From positions 1-44,071 of the forward strand of contig CAZGGE010000004.1 in the NCBI GenBank assembly GCA_964524285.1: a stretch of DNA of 44,071 nt. Reading direction: 5' to 3'. The position numbers and the translations under genes are program-made. This DNA is from an uncultured Pirellulales bacterium. GTDB taxonomy: Bacteria; Planctomycetota; Phycisphaerae; Sedimentisphaerales; Anaerobacaceae. Positions 1 to 10,095 of this stretch are shown one piece after another (the stretch's first letter is position 1; each line of letters opens with the position of its first letter). The notes below the pieces were generated by a model. It was not told the origin of the DNA. It saw nothing but the letters and a program-made list of their open reading frames with translations, and ran no database searches.

Positions 1-1
1 C

Positions 2-493
2 CAGTTGAGGAGTGTTCGGACGGGTCGTGCATCGACGGGACTTGTCGAAAATATCAAAGTCGATTACTACGGCTCACCGACTCCCCTGAAGCAGCTTGCC
101 ACTCTTGCTGCACCGCAGCATGATATGATTGTGATAAAGCCGTTTGACTCTGCCTCCATCAAGGATATTGAAAAAGCGGTAAAAAACAGCGACCTGAGCA
201 TAGCGCCTGTTGTTGACGGTAAAATCATCAGGCTCAACATCCCCGAACTTAGCGAAGACAGAAGAGATCAACTTGTTCATCAGGTTAAAAACCTCGGAGA
301 GCAAACGAAGGTGAGTATCAGAAACGTTAGAAGGGATGCCATTAAATATCTTGAAAAAGAGGAAAAAGACAAGGTTATTACGGAAGACGACCTCGAGCTT
401 GGAAAAAAGAAGATGGATGAACTCACACGAAGCTATGTGGAGAAGGTCGAGGAAATGATAAAAAGTAAATCCGACGATATTTTGCGCGATTAA
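2..493 (+). CDS. frr: ribosome recycling factor, 5'-truncated by the window edge
   Basis: The frame is open from the first base. The translation (GRASTGLVENIKVDYYGSPTPLKQLA...IKPFD...SIRNVRRDA...) matches the canonical RRF layout. TAA stop at 491-493. Confidence 0.93.
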   Translation, partial: QLRSVRTGRASTGLVENIKVDYYGSPTPLKQLATLAAPQHDMIVIKPFDSASIKDIEKAVKNSDLSIAPVVDGKIIRLNIPELSEDRRDQLVHQVKNLGEQTKVSIRNVRRDAIKYLEKEEKDKVITEDDLELGKKKMDELTRSYVEKVEEMIKSKSDDILRD

Positions 494-668
494 TTTATTG
501 AAAGCTAATCAAGGTCAAAGTGGCCGGAAACTAATTCGCGCTAAAATGTTTTACTACTCATCCCATCACGATTTTGGGCCTGTCCGTATATTTGCCGCGC
601 CCAAAATTTTCAGCTCGTTAACCTGTTCTCATAATGAAACCGACAGCAATTTTTTCGAGGAAAGCTTT

Positions 669-3600
669 ATGTCCGCTCAAAATATAGGAAACCCAGTTTC
701 CCAAGGCGAGTCTGTTGCCCGCACTAAAATCAAAAAGAGACTGTTGAAGATAATTATAGCTATCACGGTCATTTTTGCCCTGCTGATTCTTTTTGGTATA
801 CCTGCTTTTGTATCCTCCGGAGCCGGCCAAAGTTTCATACTGTCAAAAGTCAACAAATCCATTGACGGAACACTGCAATTTAAGAACCTCGAGATGGGAT
901 GGTTCAAAGGCGTAGCGATTCGGGAGCTTACTTTTACCGACGCGGCAGAAACCATTGTGGCAGATGTGGCAACAATTACCACAAAACCTCATTACCTGTC
1001 CCTGCTAACAGGTTCACCTTCTTTCGGAAAGACGGTTATCGATAAGCCGAAAGTTACCATAAGAATAGCTGAGTATGAGGCCGGCAAAAAACAAGCTTCA
1101 CCGGCAGGACAAGACGAGCAGGTTCGTTCCGCTGGCGTGCCTTTTGGGCAAATCGACCTCACAATCAATGAAGGTGCATTTGAGCTTATCGGGCGGAAAT
1201 CCGAGAGCGTTACCATATCCAACATCAACTCGCAGTTGAAAGTCCAGCCTCCGGGCAAACCGACGGAATTTAGCACCAGCATGTCCATCGCCGCCGAAGG
1301 TAAAAAATCACCGGTCGAAGCTCGTGCAACGCTGAAGCCCAAAGAATCCGCTACTTCGATTTTAGAGGGCGTATCCGGCGAATTATGCGTAGATACTACA
1401 GAGCTTGACCTCAGCTCGCTGCAACCTTTCTTTAATTTGCTTGGCATCGATTTAACTGCTTCCGGTCTCGTATCGGCAAACATTCATGCTGAATTAAAAG
1501 ACGGAGCCGTACATCAACTTGATGCAACTATTAACGGCAGTAACAACGTTACGGTAACCGCCGACTATTTGAAAGGCGACACACTCAAAACATCAACCCT
1601 TGCACTGGACGTAAAACTTGTTACCGAGAAAGAGCTGGTAAAAATTCAGAAATTCCGGGCCGAGACTGACTGGCTTTCGGCAAATGCCGACGGAACGTTT
1701 CCCACTACTTTTGATTCGCTCAATAACTTCCTTAAAGCCGGGGCTGCTTTTAACGCTCAGTTAAGCTGTGATATGGCTGAGCTAATCTCGCAACTTCCCA
1801 ACACGGCAGGTCTTAAACCCGACACCCAAATTACCTCCGGCAACCTCAAGGCCGATATTAAAACCGACCAGACTGATGCCGGAAATCAGCTCACAGCTTA
1901 TGCCTTACTTTCCGACTTCAAAGGGAAAATCGCGGAAAAAAGCATCGGACTATCGCGGCCTCTTGAAGCCAAAGCGGTTCTTTCAGCCGATGACGCCGGC
2001 ATAAAGTACGACCAGGTTAAGCTTTCATCATCTTTTGCAGACGTTTCAGCCACCGGCACAAGCGACCTGCTGAATTATGACGGGCTGGCGAATCTTAAAA
2101 AATTCCAGACTGAATTCGGCCGGCTGTTCGATATGACTTATGAAGTAGAGGGGAATTTTTCGGCCAAAGGTACACTCACGCAGCAGAAAGGCAAAATATC
2201 TACGACCGGCACCGCACCTGTAACCAACTTTACCTTAACTTCCCCCGGCGAGCAAACCGCAAGCGAGCCGAACGCACAAATCGCATACGACCTTGAATTT
2301 CTTACGAAAGAAAAATTCGTAAGTATCAACAAACTAAACGCAGAGGCCGAGCTTGGAACTATCATTACCAGGGATGCTGTTGTGCCGTTAACGAAAAAAT
2401 CTGAGAAGTCTCTTAATGTGCCCCTTGAAACGAAAATTCACCTCCGGAAGCTGCAACCTTTCATCGAATTGTTCAGGCCAGATTTATTAAAAGCAAACAA
2501 GCTTGAAGGCACCGCCCTTTCAACGCTTTCGGTCAGTAGAAAAGACAGGGAATACAGCTTTATTACGGAAGATACGAAGATTAAAAAGTTTCGTTTTACT
2601 TCGCCGGACGGCAATTCCTTTTACCGCGATGAAGTTACTGTCGCTGCGGAAGTACGCCTGACCCCGACATTGATGGAAGTCGAATGGTCGCAATCCACGT
2701 CGGGCAGTCCCCTGGCTACTAAAGGGCACTTTACCAGGAAAATCGGCCCGAAGCAGGTAGAAATAGAAGCCGACGCCGATTATGAAATCGACCTCCGTGA
2801 AGTAACTACCCTTATGTCTTCCCGTTTGCCAAAAGGGTTGAAGCTCGAGGGACAAAGAAAAGGAACAATTAAATTATCAACCCATTATCCTCCGCAGGAG
2901 CCTAACCGATTCACCCAAAACCTTGACGCCGACACAACATTCGGTTTCGACAGTGCCGAATACATGGGACTGAAGGTGGGTACTACCGAAATCAAACTGA
3001 AAGCAAAAAACGGTCTGCTGACAATACCTCCTTTTTCCACGACGGCCAACGAGGGAACACTTAACTTTGCCTCGAAAGTTGACCTCACCGAATCACCGAT
3101 GATGCTCAGCATACCAGAACCTATCCAGATAGCCGAAAATGTACAAATAAACGACCAGGTCAGCAAAAACCTTCTCATGTATCTGAACCCTATCTTTGCA
3201 AACCAGACCGGCGTTACCGGAATTGCAAATTTGCATGCAGAGGAACTTAAAATTCCTTTGGGCAAAGCTCCACCTGAAGCTTTAAAAATCGAAGGAACTG
3301 TCGGCTTGCCAAGCTTCAAAGTGAAATCAATGGGCCTGCTCGCTGCCGTCCTCGCAAAAACATCAATTTCAGGGCAGGTTGACGGTGGTGTCTCCCCAAC
3401 CAAATTTACACTTAATAAAGGAACCATCAGTTATAATAACATGGCTCTGCGTATAAATCAATATCCATTAAACTTCGCCGGCACTATAAACATGCCCAAT
3501 AACAAACTCGATATGAAAATCACCACGCCTTATGTACTCACATCCGATTTTGACTTCCGGACCGTAGAAATAGGCCAAAGCCAAATAAATCCTGAAGAAA

Positions 3601-3740
3601 GATTGAAAATTTCTCTTACAGGTTTTATTTCAAAGCCCGAATTCGACTGGCCGCACATAACTAAAGATTTACTTGAACAGCAATTAAAAAAGCGATTACA
3701 AAAAGAAATTTTCGACCAACTCGAGGATGTATTCAAGTAG
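669..3740 (+). CDS. large membrane-anchored envelope protein, AsmA/TamB-like (tentative family)
   Basis: ATG 669 lies 7 nt after GAGGA (657-661). The protein has a basic N-terminus and one TM helix (LLKIIIAITVIFALLILFGIPAFV), followed by about 950 aa of S/T/G/K-rich, beta-type sequence. The architecture resembles the AsmA family, but this assignment is by eye only. The ORF-track start at 498 adds 57 residues that do not look like protein. Confidence 0.6.
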   Translation: MSAQNIGNPVSQGESVARTKIKKRLLKIIIAITVIFALLILFGIPAFVSSGAGQSFILSKVNKSIDGTLQFKNLEMGWFKGVAIRELTFTDAAETIVADVATITTKPHYLSLLTGSPSFGKTVIDKPKVTIRIAEYEAGKKQASPAGQDEQVRSAGVPFGQIDLTINEGAFELIGRKSESVTISNINSQLKVQPPGKPTEFSTSMSIAAEGKKSPVEARATLKPKESATSILEGVSGELCVDTTELDLSSLQPFFNLLGIDLTASGLVSANIHAELKDGAVHQLDATINGSNNVTVTADYLKGDTLKTSTLALDVKLVTEKELVKIQKFRAETDWLSANADGTFPTTFDSLNNFLKAGAAFNAQLSCDMAELISQLPNTAGLKPDTQITSGNLKADIKTDQTDAGNQLTAYALLSDFKGKIAEKSIGLSRPLEAKAVLSADDAGIKYDQVKLSSSFADVSATGTSDLLNYDGLANLKKFQTEFGRLFDMTYEVEGNFSAKGTLTQQKGKISTTGTAPVTNFTLTSPGEQTASEPNAQIAYDLEFLTKEKFVSINKLNAEAELGTIITRDAVVPLTKKSEKSLNVPLETKIHLRKLQPFIELFRPDLLKANKLEGTALSTLSVSRKDREYSFITEDTKIKKFRFTSPDGNSFYRDEVTVAAEVRLTPTLMEVEWSQSTSGSPLATKGHFTRKIGPKQVEIEADADYEIDLREVTTLMSSRLPKGLKLEGQRKGTIKLSTHYPPQEPNRFTQNLDADTTFGFDSAEYMGLKVGTTEIKLKAKNGLLTIPPFSTTANEGTLNFASKVDLTESPMMLSIPEPIQIAENVQINDQVSKNLLMYLNPIFANQTGVTGIANLHAEELKIPLGKAPPEALKIEGTVGLPSFKVKSMGLLAAVLAKTSISGQVDGGVSPTKFTLNKGTISYNNMALRINQYPLNFAGTINMPNNKLDMKITTPYVLTSDFDFRTVEIGQSQINPEERLKISLTGFISKPEFDWPHITKDLLEQQLKKRLQKEIFDQLEDVFK

Positions 3741-3779
3741 CAAATCCGCTTGGCCGAAAAAAAAACGGAAGGGCATATC

Positions 3780-5129
3780 ATGTTCCATATAAGAAAACCT
3801 TTGTCAACACCAACCGAACAGCTTGGAAAGGCAAGCCGATTTATTGTTTTTCAGATAAAGCTGTGGTCTCACTGCGCCAGAGTGCTCAAGGCTAACCGCT
3901 CCGGTCAACAGGCGGCCGCGCTTTCATACCATACTATCTTCGGAATAATTCCCGTCGCCATAGTGATGCTGTTAATCTTCCAGTCCTTTCCGGCATACAA
4001 ACACATTGGTGAAAAAATAAAAGCCGCCATCTACAAACAGGCAAACCTCACCGCTTATAGTACCGTGGTTCAGCAGGAAGAGGACGGGGAAACCGTCGCA
4101 TTGACTGAAAAACTTGACCGTGTCATCAACCGTTTCTTCACCGGGACGCACACGGGTTCCATTACATTTCTCAGTGTTGTAGCGGTAATATGGGCGGCCC
4201 TTGCACTGCTGTCTACTATTGAAAAGTCCTTCAACAATATCTGGCACGTATCGAAGCCTCGGAATTTATTGAACAGGGTCATAAATTACTGGGCGGTTCT
4301 GACACTCGGCCCGCTTCTTATAGGTGCAGGCATATACCTCGGCACGACTTTCTCACCTCTTTCAAAGCTGCAGCAAACGATTATTTCCATTGGTGCACCA
4401 ATTGTATTCTCTTATATCATCGCAACTGTAACGTTTTTCCTGCTCTACTTCATTTTGCCGAATACGCGGGTAAACGTGAAAGCGGCACTCGGGGGCGCCG
4501 CCCTTTCAGCCCTTATCTGGATTGCGGCAAAGTACCTCTTTTCATATTCCGTAACCGAGTTTGGTCTTTACAAAAGCATTTACGGAACGCTTGGTCTGAT
4601 ACCGATAACCGTAGTGTGGATATTCATAACCTGGCTTATCATTTTATTTGGCTTGCAGCTTACCTATACAACTCAAAATTTAAGTTCCCTTGACGCCGAG
4701 AGCATCGGACACACAAGGCAGTCAGAGGGCCTGTTCATTGCAAACGATATGACCGTAATAAACATTCTCCGCGAAATAACCGCCGCGTTCGAGCAAAACA
4801 AAGCCCCCGTTGAACCCCAGCGTGTCTCCAGCAGACTCGGAATACCGCTGGAATTCAGTGAAAAGATTCTTCATCACCTCGTTAAGGCGGGTATTCTTGC
4901 AAAAACTTCCGAACCGAAAGACGGCTTTTTGCCCACAAGAGACCCTGAGAGCATAAAACTTTCCGAGGTAACCGAAGCTGTCGCCCGTGCGGGCTTCGCG
5001 CAAAACGTACCTGAAACCAGCCAGCAGCTTGAACAAATCAGGCAATCATATAACGCCAACCTTGCACAATACAACATCAAGCAAATTCTGCAGCCACCCC
5101 CGAAGAACGAACAGGCCGCCCAGTCATAA
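3780..5129 (+). CDS. YihY/BrkB-family membrane protein with a C-terminal Rrf2-like winged-helix extension
   Basis: ATG 3780 lies 6 nt after GGAAGGG (3767-3773). It has the YihY signature (AALSYHTIFGIIPVAIVMLLIF) and about 6 TM segments. The C-terminal ~120 aa (RLGIPLEFSEKILHHLVKAGILAKTSEPKDGFLPTRDPESIKLSEVTEAV) follow the Rrf2-type wHTH pattern. Confidence 0.8.
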   Translation: MFHIRKPLSTPTEQLGKASRFIVFQIKLWSHCARVLKANRSGQQAAALSYHTIFGIIPVAIVMLLIFQSFPAYKHIGEKIKAAIYKQANLTAYSTVVQQEEDGETVALTEKLDRVINRFFTGTHTGSITFLSVVAVIWAALALLSTIEKSFNNIWHVSKPRNLLNRVINYWAVLTLGPLLIGAGIYLGTTFSPLSKLQQTIISIGAPIVFSYIIATVTFFLLYFILPNTRVNVKAALGGAALSALIWIAAKYLFSYSVTEFGLYKSIYGTLGLIPITVVWIFITWLIILFGLQLTYTTQNLSSLDAESIGHTRQSEGLFIANDMTVINILREITAAFEQNKAPVEPQRVSSRLGIPLEFSEKILHHLVKAGILAKTSEPKDGFLPTRDPESIKLSEVTEAVARAGFAQNVPETSQQLEQIRQSYNANLAQYNIKQILQPPPKNEQAAQS

Positions 5130-6326
5130 TTACGTGTGTTTCATATTCCTTTTCGCACTGGTAATACTGAAGTAAACCTCTTCGAGAGTATCAATCATCT
5201 TCTCCGGCGAGAATTTTTCTTTGACATATTCTCTTGCCTGTTTTCCAAGGTGGTGTCTTAATTGTTCATCTTCTATCAATTCCGCGCATGCGTTTATCAA
5301 CTGCTGAACACTTTCAGGTTCAATCAGCCTTCCGGTCTTCTCATTCACCACTTCCCGTGCCCCGTCGACGTCAAAGCTCACCGCCGGCCTGCCGCAAAGC
5401 ATCGCCTGTGGAAGAGCCCTTGCCAATCCCTCTCGAAGTGAACAGTGCACGAGTATATCCGAGGCCTTTATCGCCGTCGGTATCTCGCTGGGCCGCAGTA
5501 GTCCTGTAAACTTCACCTTATCTTCCAATGCCAAGCTGTGAACTTTTTTCTTAAAATAGGTGGCCAGATTCCCGTCTCCCACAAACAGCCAAACGCATTT
5601 GTCATATCGCTGCGAAAGCATGCGTGCCGACTCGATAATATATTCGTGTCCCTTCAATTCGAACAGCCTTGCTATTGTAACAAGCACCACCGCATCGTCG
5701 GCAATGCCATATCTTGCGCGAAAAACCTGCTTTTTAACCGGGGGTAATTGCTGAATAAAATCTTCCTCTTCAATAGCGGAATAAGCTGTTGTATATTTCG
5801 CCTTTGTGCCGATACCCGCCTGTTTTGCCTGTTCGGTCATGGCGTCTGCAACACTAATAAAACAGTCAGTCCGTTTGCCTGCCGCTTGCTCAATCGAAAT
5901 ATAAAAACGGTTCACCCAACAGCTTTGATATGGATGAAACGCCAGGCCGTGTATTGTATGAATCACGCCCGGAATACTCTCACCCCATTTCCCTTTCATA
6001 CTCCATCCCGCGAAACGTCCCAGCACACCCGCTTTTGCGGAATGCGTATGCACAATGTCCGGTTTTAGATTTCGCAGATGTTGTTTTATCTTACGGTAGC
6101 TTATGAAATCTTTTACAGGTTCAATTTCCCTGCGCAACTCATCCACGACCAGGGTCTCGAATTTCTGGTTGCGAGTTTGCTCGAAAAGCTCACCTTCGGG
6201 GCCAATCGCCGGCCCTGTTATCAGCGTTACGTGGTGTCCGCGTTCCGCCAGCAGGCGACAACTTATAAGCGTATTTTCCTGCGCCCCGCCCAATATAAGC
6301 CGAGTTATAACATGCACAATTTTCAA
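5130..6326 (-). CDS. glycosyltransferase family 4 (GT-B fold)
   Basis: N-terminus MKIVHVITRLILGGAQENTL..AERGHHVTLITG, and a C-terminal EX7E-type region (SLREGLARALPQAMLCGRPAVSFDVDGAREVV). It overlaps the truA stop by 4 nt, which suggests an operon. Confidence 0.85.
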   Translation of the reverse strand: MKIVHVITRLILGGAQENTLISCRLLAERGHHVTLITGPAIGPEGELFEQTRNQKFETLVVDELRREIEPVKDFISYRKIKQHLRNLKPDIVHTHSAKAGVLGRFAGWSMKGKWGESIPGVIHTIHGLAFHPYQSCWVNRFYISIEQAAGKRTDCFISVADAMTEQAKQAGIGTKAKYTTAYSAIEEEDFIQQLPPVKKQVFRARYGIADDAVVLVTIARLFELKGHEYIIESARMLSQRYDKCVWLFVGDGNLATYFKKKVHSLALEDKVKFTGLLRPSEIPTAIKASDILVHCSLREGLARALPQAMLCGRPAVSFDVDGAREVVNEKTGRLIEPESVQQLINACAELIEDEQLRHHLGKQAREYVKEKFSPEKMIDTLEEVYFSITSAKRNMKHT

Positions 6327-7063
6327 TACTTAACCCACATCAAGCAAAGTCCCTGCGGCGGAGCTATCGGCCCCGCAGCCTTTCGGTCTGCTGCATTAAG
6401 TATCTGCTCGATTTTATCCGCATCAATTCTGCTCAATCCCACTTCAATTAGAGTTCCAACTATATTTCGAACCATATTGTATAAAAAAGCGTTACCTTCG
6501 GCTTCGACGTAAATCCACTTGTCGTCCGGGTAAACCTGGCATCGATAAAGCGTTCGAACCGAATCCTGACGATGGTCTTTAGCCGACGCAAATGACTTAA
6601 AGTCCCTGGTTCCCGTCAGCATTCGACCGGCTTCGTTCATCGCCTTTATGTCAAGCCGGCTCGGCACATGCCAGCAATGCCTTACATGTAAGACGGGCCG
6701 TACCTCGCCTGTAAAAATGGTATACCGGTATAATTTCCGCTTTGCCCCGCCTATAACGTCGAACCTGGGCCCTGCCTCTTCTGCCCAACTGACCGAAATA
6801 TCCAAAGGTAGTTTATCCGAAATTACCTTCGCAATGCTTTCCGTTGGTATGGGCGACTCGACTTCCATGGCCGCCACCTGCCCCAGCGCGCTAACCCCCG
6901 CATCGGTCCGGCTCGCTGCCGTTATTCGCAAGCGCCGGCCAAATATATTTTCCAAAGCTGCCGCCAGTTCTCCCTGTATAGTCTTCAGCTCGGGCTGAAA
7001 GGCCCAGCCGTGATACCCGCTGCCGTCGTATTGGATTGTCAGCTTTAATTTACGCTTTGCCAT
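6323..7063 (-). CDS. truA: tRNA pseudouridine(38-40) synthase TruA
   Basis: KLTIQYDGSGYHGWAFQP and the catalytic-Asp motif SRTDAGVSALGQV. ATG at 7063. An alternative TTG at 7072 immediately follows the asd stop codon. Confidence 0.9.
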   Translation of the reverse strand: MAKRKLKLTIQYDGSGYHGWAFQPELKTIQGELAAALENIFGRRLRITAASRTDAGVSALGQVAAMEVESPIPTESIAKVISDKLPLDISVSWAEEAGPRFDVIGGAKRKLYRYTIFTGEVRPVLHVRHCWHVPSRLDIKAMNEAGRMLTGTRDFKSFASAKDHRQDSVRTLYRCQVYPDDKWIYVEAEGNAFLYNMVRNIVGTLIEVGLSRIDADKIEQILNAADRKAAGPIAPPQGLCLMWVKY

Positions 7064-7072
7064 CCCCCGCAA

Positions 7073-8074
7073 TTATATCAGGCGTTCGGCAATCTGCACA
7101 GCGTTCAAGGCCGCCCCTTTACGCAACTGGTCGCCGCTAACCCACATGTTTATTCCTCGATTTTCGGCAAGCGATTCATCCTGCCTGATACGCCCGACAA
7201 AGATATCGTCAACGCCCGTTGCATCTATCGGCATTGGAAAGCGGTTTTCTTCTCTGTCGTCAAGTACTCGTACTCCGGGGGCCGTACTCAGCAAATCTCT
7301 GACTTCATCGGGTCTCATCTCTTCACTAAACTCGAGGTTTATACTTTCGCAGTGCGCGCGAAATACGGGTATGCGAATGCATGTACAGGTAACCCCGATG
7401 TCCTGACAGTCAAAAATCTTGTGTGTCTCATGTACCATCTTCATTTCTTCTTTGCAATAGCCGTTCGGCCCAATATCTGAGTCGTGCGAAAAACAATTAA
7501 ATGCTATCCTGTACTTAAAAGCTTCACATTCGGGTTCTCGTCCCTCGAGAATATCGCGAGATTGCTTCTCCAGTTCTCTCATTGCCTTCATACCCGCACC
7601 GCTTGCGGCCTGATAAGTACTGACGACCATGCGTTTTACAGGATTTGCCTTATGCAGCGGCCAAACCGGGACGATACCTATAATCGTTGAGCAGTTTGGG
7701 TTTGCAATTATTCCATTGTGCTCTTTAATTTTCTGAGGATTGATTTCCGGTATTACCAGCGGAATCTGTGGGTCCATACGGAACGCACTGGAATTATCGA
7801 CCACCACCGCGCCTGCCTCCACAGCCGGTGATGCAAACTCTTTGCTCCTGGACGCACCCGCACTGAACAAAGCAACGTCGATTCCCTTAAAACTGTCCTT
7901 TCGCAGCTCTTCGACCGTATATTCCCTGCCTTTGAACTCGATTTTCTTTCCCGCCGAACGATGACTGGCGAGTAGCTTGAGAGAATCGAATGCAAATTCC
8001 CGTTGCTCAAGTATACGTAAAAACTCCTGTCCCACCGCTCCGGTTACTCCTGCGATTGCAAGATTGCAAGCCAT
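7073..8074 (-). CDS. asd: aspartate-semialdehyde dehydrogenase
   Basis: NAD-binding motif IAGVTGAVGQEFLRIL, active-site Cys context IANPNCSTI, and C-terminal GDQLRKGAALNAVQIAE. ATG 8074 is preferred (GGGAAG upstream) over ATG 8095. Confidence 0.93.
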   Translation of the reverse strand: MACNLAIAGVTGAVGQEFLRILEQREFAFDSLKLLASHRSAGKKIEFKGREYTVEELRKDSFKGIDVALFSAGASRSKEFASPAVEAGAVVVDNSSAFRMDPQIPLVIPEINPQKIKEHNGIIANPNCSTIIGIVPVWPLHKANPVKRMVVSTYQAASGAGMKAMRELEKQSRDILEGREPECEAFKYRIAFNCFSHDSDIGPNGYCKEEMKMVHETHKIFDCQDIGVTCTCIRIPVFRAHCESINLEFSEEMRPDEVRDLLSTAPGVRVLDDREENRFPMPIDATGVDDIFVGRIRQDESLAENRGINMWVSGDQLRKGAALNAVQIAERLI

Positions 8075-8413
8075 AGTCGAAACTTCCCAAAACATTCATA
8101 ACAACGGGCAGCCGTTTCAGACTGCCCTCATTTTCGGTTCAAAACACACTAACATCATTATTATAGTATTATCCTGGAAAAATTCAACCCTCCACTTCGA
8201 AACACAGCCTTTATGCGAAAACCATTATTATCCTCATTAACATCATAAGCTCACAAACTACAGATTCAGGAGTTTTCAGCATTTTATGCGAAACCCTTAA
8301 AAGGTGAACCTTAATTGATGTAAGTTCTTTTTTATCAAAGGCTTAGATTGTTAACAAAAAGCAGCGACAGGACATTTGCCCGAATCAACTATTGTAATAT
8401 TGAAAGCGGGCCT

Positions 8414-8584
8414 ATGAATAACGCACAAAATGTGTTATCGTGGTTAAAAAGTGCTTATCTGAAGATGCTTGAAGTGCTTTTCAGGATGGGGGTTTGCCCG
8501 TTGAATCGGGAGACGATGGAAGGCGCTCGGGATATTTTGCGGCACGAGCGGTCGCAGCGATTACCGTGTGAAGCGAATGAGTGA
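8414..8584 (+). CDS. hypothetical small protein (56 aa), weakly supported
   Basis: This is the only sizeable ORF in the 713-nt asd/proA divergent spacer. It has a weak RBS and no recognisable motif. A T8 run follows the stop codon, but there is no clear stem. Confidence 0.15.
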   Translation: MNNAQNVLSWLKSAYLKMLEVLFRMGVCPLNRETMEGARDILRHERSQRLPCEANE

Positions 8585-8787
8585 AGGTGAAAGCATGGGA
8601 TTTTTTTTGAATGTGAGTACAATTAATGAGCATATAACCACAGTTTTGTCAGGGATGGCCGACAGGCTGGTGATTCTTCGCACTTTGGCCTGAAATGCGA
8701 GTGAGCTATTATCGTACAAAACCAACCCTTCAAGTCACCTTTGCGTAAAGTTGCAAAATTGAGCAAAACAATTAGAAGGCAGCAAAG

Positions 8788-10080
8788 ATGCTTAAAACCG
8801 CTGAAGTAAATGTGAAAGAAGTAGCCCAAACGGCACAGAGGGCGTCTCGAGAACTGTCTTTTGTCGGAAGATTAAAAAAAGACTGTGCTCTGACGGTTAT
8901 GGGTAAAAAACTCGCCGGGAACAAAAATGATATATTAAAAGCGAATGAGCAGGACGTTAAAAATGCAGAAGAATCGGGTTTGCCGGCCAATCTTGTCGAC
9001 AGGCTGCTATTCACAGAAGCCAGGATTGAAAGCCGGATACGCTCGCTGGAAAAGATAGCGGCTTTGGAGGACCCCATCGGACAATCTTTTTGGCAGCGGC
9101 GAACGTTTAACGGCTTGCAGGTGTCCCGCGTTCGGGTCCCGCTGGGTGTAATATTAATGATTTACGAAGCCCGCCCGCATGTAACGGTAAATGCGGGAGC
9201 TTTTTGCATTAAATCCGGAAATGCCGCTATTTTGCGGGGCGGCTCCGAGGCAAAAACATGCAACCAGCTTCTGGGCCGACTCTGGCGGGAAAGCCTTGAA
9301 GAAGCTCAAATTAATCCGGACGCCGTCCAGGTCATTAGCGGTTCGCATAAAGACGTGGATGTTCTTTTGCAGCAGGATGAGTTTATCGACCTGGTGATTC
9401 CGAGGGGCGGGAAAGGATTGATTAAAGCGGTTGCGGATAAATCCAAAATCCCCGTTGTAAAACATTACAGCGGTGTATGTCATGTCTACGTGGATGAGGT
9501 GGATAAAGTCCAAAGTGCGATAGAAATAGCGCTGGATTCGAAATGCCTGATGCCGGAAGTATGTAATGCGATGGAGACGCTTCTGGTGTCTGAGAAAATG
9601 GAGCAGAATATCGCAAAATTTGTGCAGGCATTCAGGGAATTTGGTGTTGCCGTAAAAGGCTGTAAAAAAACACAACAGGCCGCCGACGGTGTCGAACCGG
9701 CGACGGAAGATGACTGGCGCACCGAATATCTTGACAATATTGTATCGATCAGAATGGTAAGAGACGTTGAGCATGCGATTGAACATATCAACAAGTACGG
9801 CTCACATCACACCGATTCGATTGTTACAGACAAAATCGAAAATGCAGAAAGATTTGCTCAAGCGGTTGATTCGGCGGTGGTGCTGGTTAATGCTTCAACC
9901 ATGTTTTGTGACGGCCAATCGCTCGGCATGGGCGCGGAGATTGGCATTTCGACGGACAAGTTGCATGCAAGGGGTCCGATGGGCCTCGAGGAATTGACCA
10001 GCTACAAATTCGTTATTCGCGGAAAGGGGCACATAATGGGTAAACCCCGCATGCAAACCGCAAAACGGGGGCGCATTTAA
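8788..10080 (+). CDS. proA: glutamate-5-semialdehyde dehydrogenase (gamma-glutamyl phosphate reductase)
   Basis: ProA-typical blocks: ILKANEQDV, RVPLGVILMIYEARP, GNAAILRGGSEA, SHHTDSIVT, and NASTMFCDG (catalytic Cys). AGAAGG lies 8 nt upstream of the ATG. No proB is adjacent. Confidence 0.93.
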   Translation: MLKTAEVNVKEVAQTAQRASRELSFVGRLKKDCALTVMGKKLAGNKNDILKANEQDVKNAEESGLPANLVDRLLFTEARIESRIRSLEKIAALEDPIGQSFWQRRTFNGLQVSRVRVPLGVILMIYEARPHVTVNAGAFCIKSGNAAILRGGSEAKTCNQLLGRLWRESLEEAQINPDAVQVISGSHKDVDVLLQQDEFIDLVIPRGGKGLIKAVADKSKIPVVKHYSGVCHVYVDEVDKVQSAIEIALDSKCLMPEVCNAMETLLVSEKMEQNIAKFVQAFREFGVAVKGCKKTQQAADGVEPATEDDWRTEYLDNIVSIRMVRDVEHAIEHINKYGSHHTDSIVTDKIENAERFAQAVDSAVVLVNASTMFCDGQSLGMGAEIGISTDKLHARGPMGLEELTSYKFVIRGKGHIMGKPRMQTAKRGRI

Positions 10081-10095
10081 GGAACAGGTTAAATA

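Noticed and set aside
498-668. ORF-track N-terminal extension of the AsmA-like gene
   Set aside because: It uses a non-ATG start directly after the frr stop. The 57 extra residues are not protein-like, and there is no RBS. ATG 669 has a GAGGA RBS and yields a normal basic-then-TM N-terminus.
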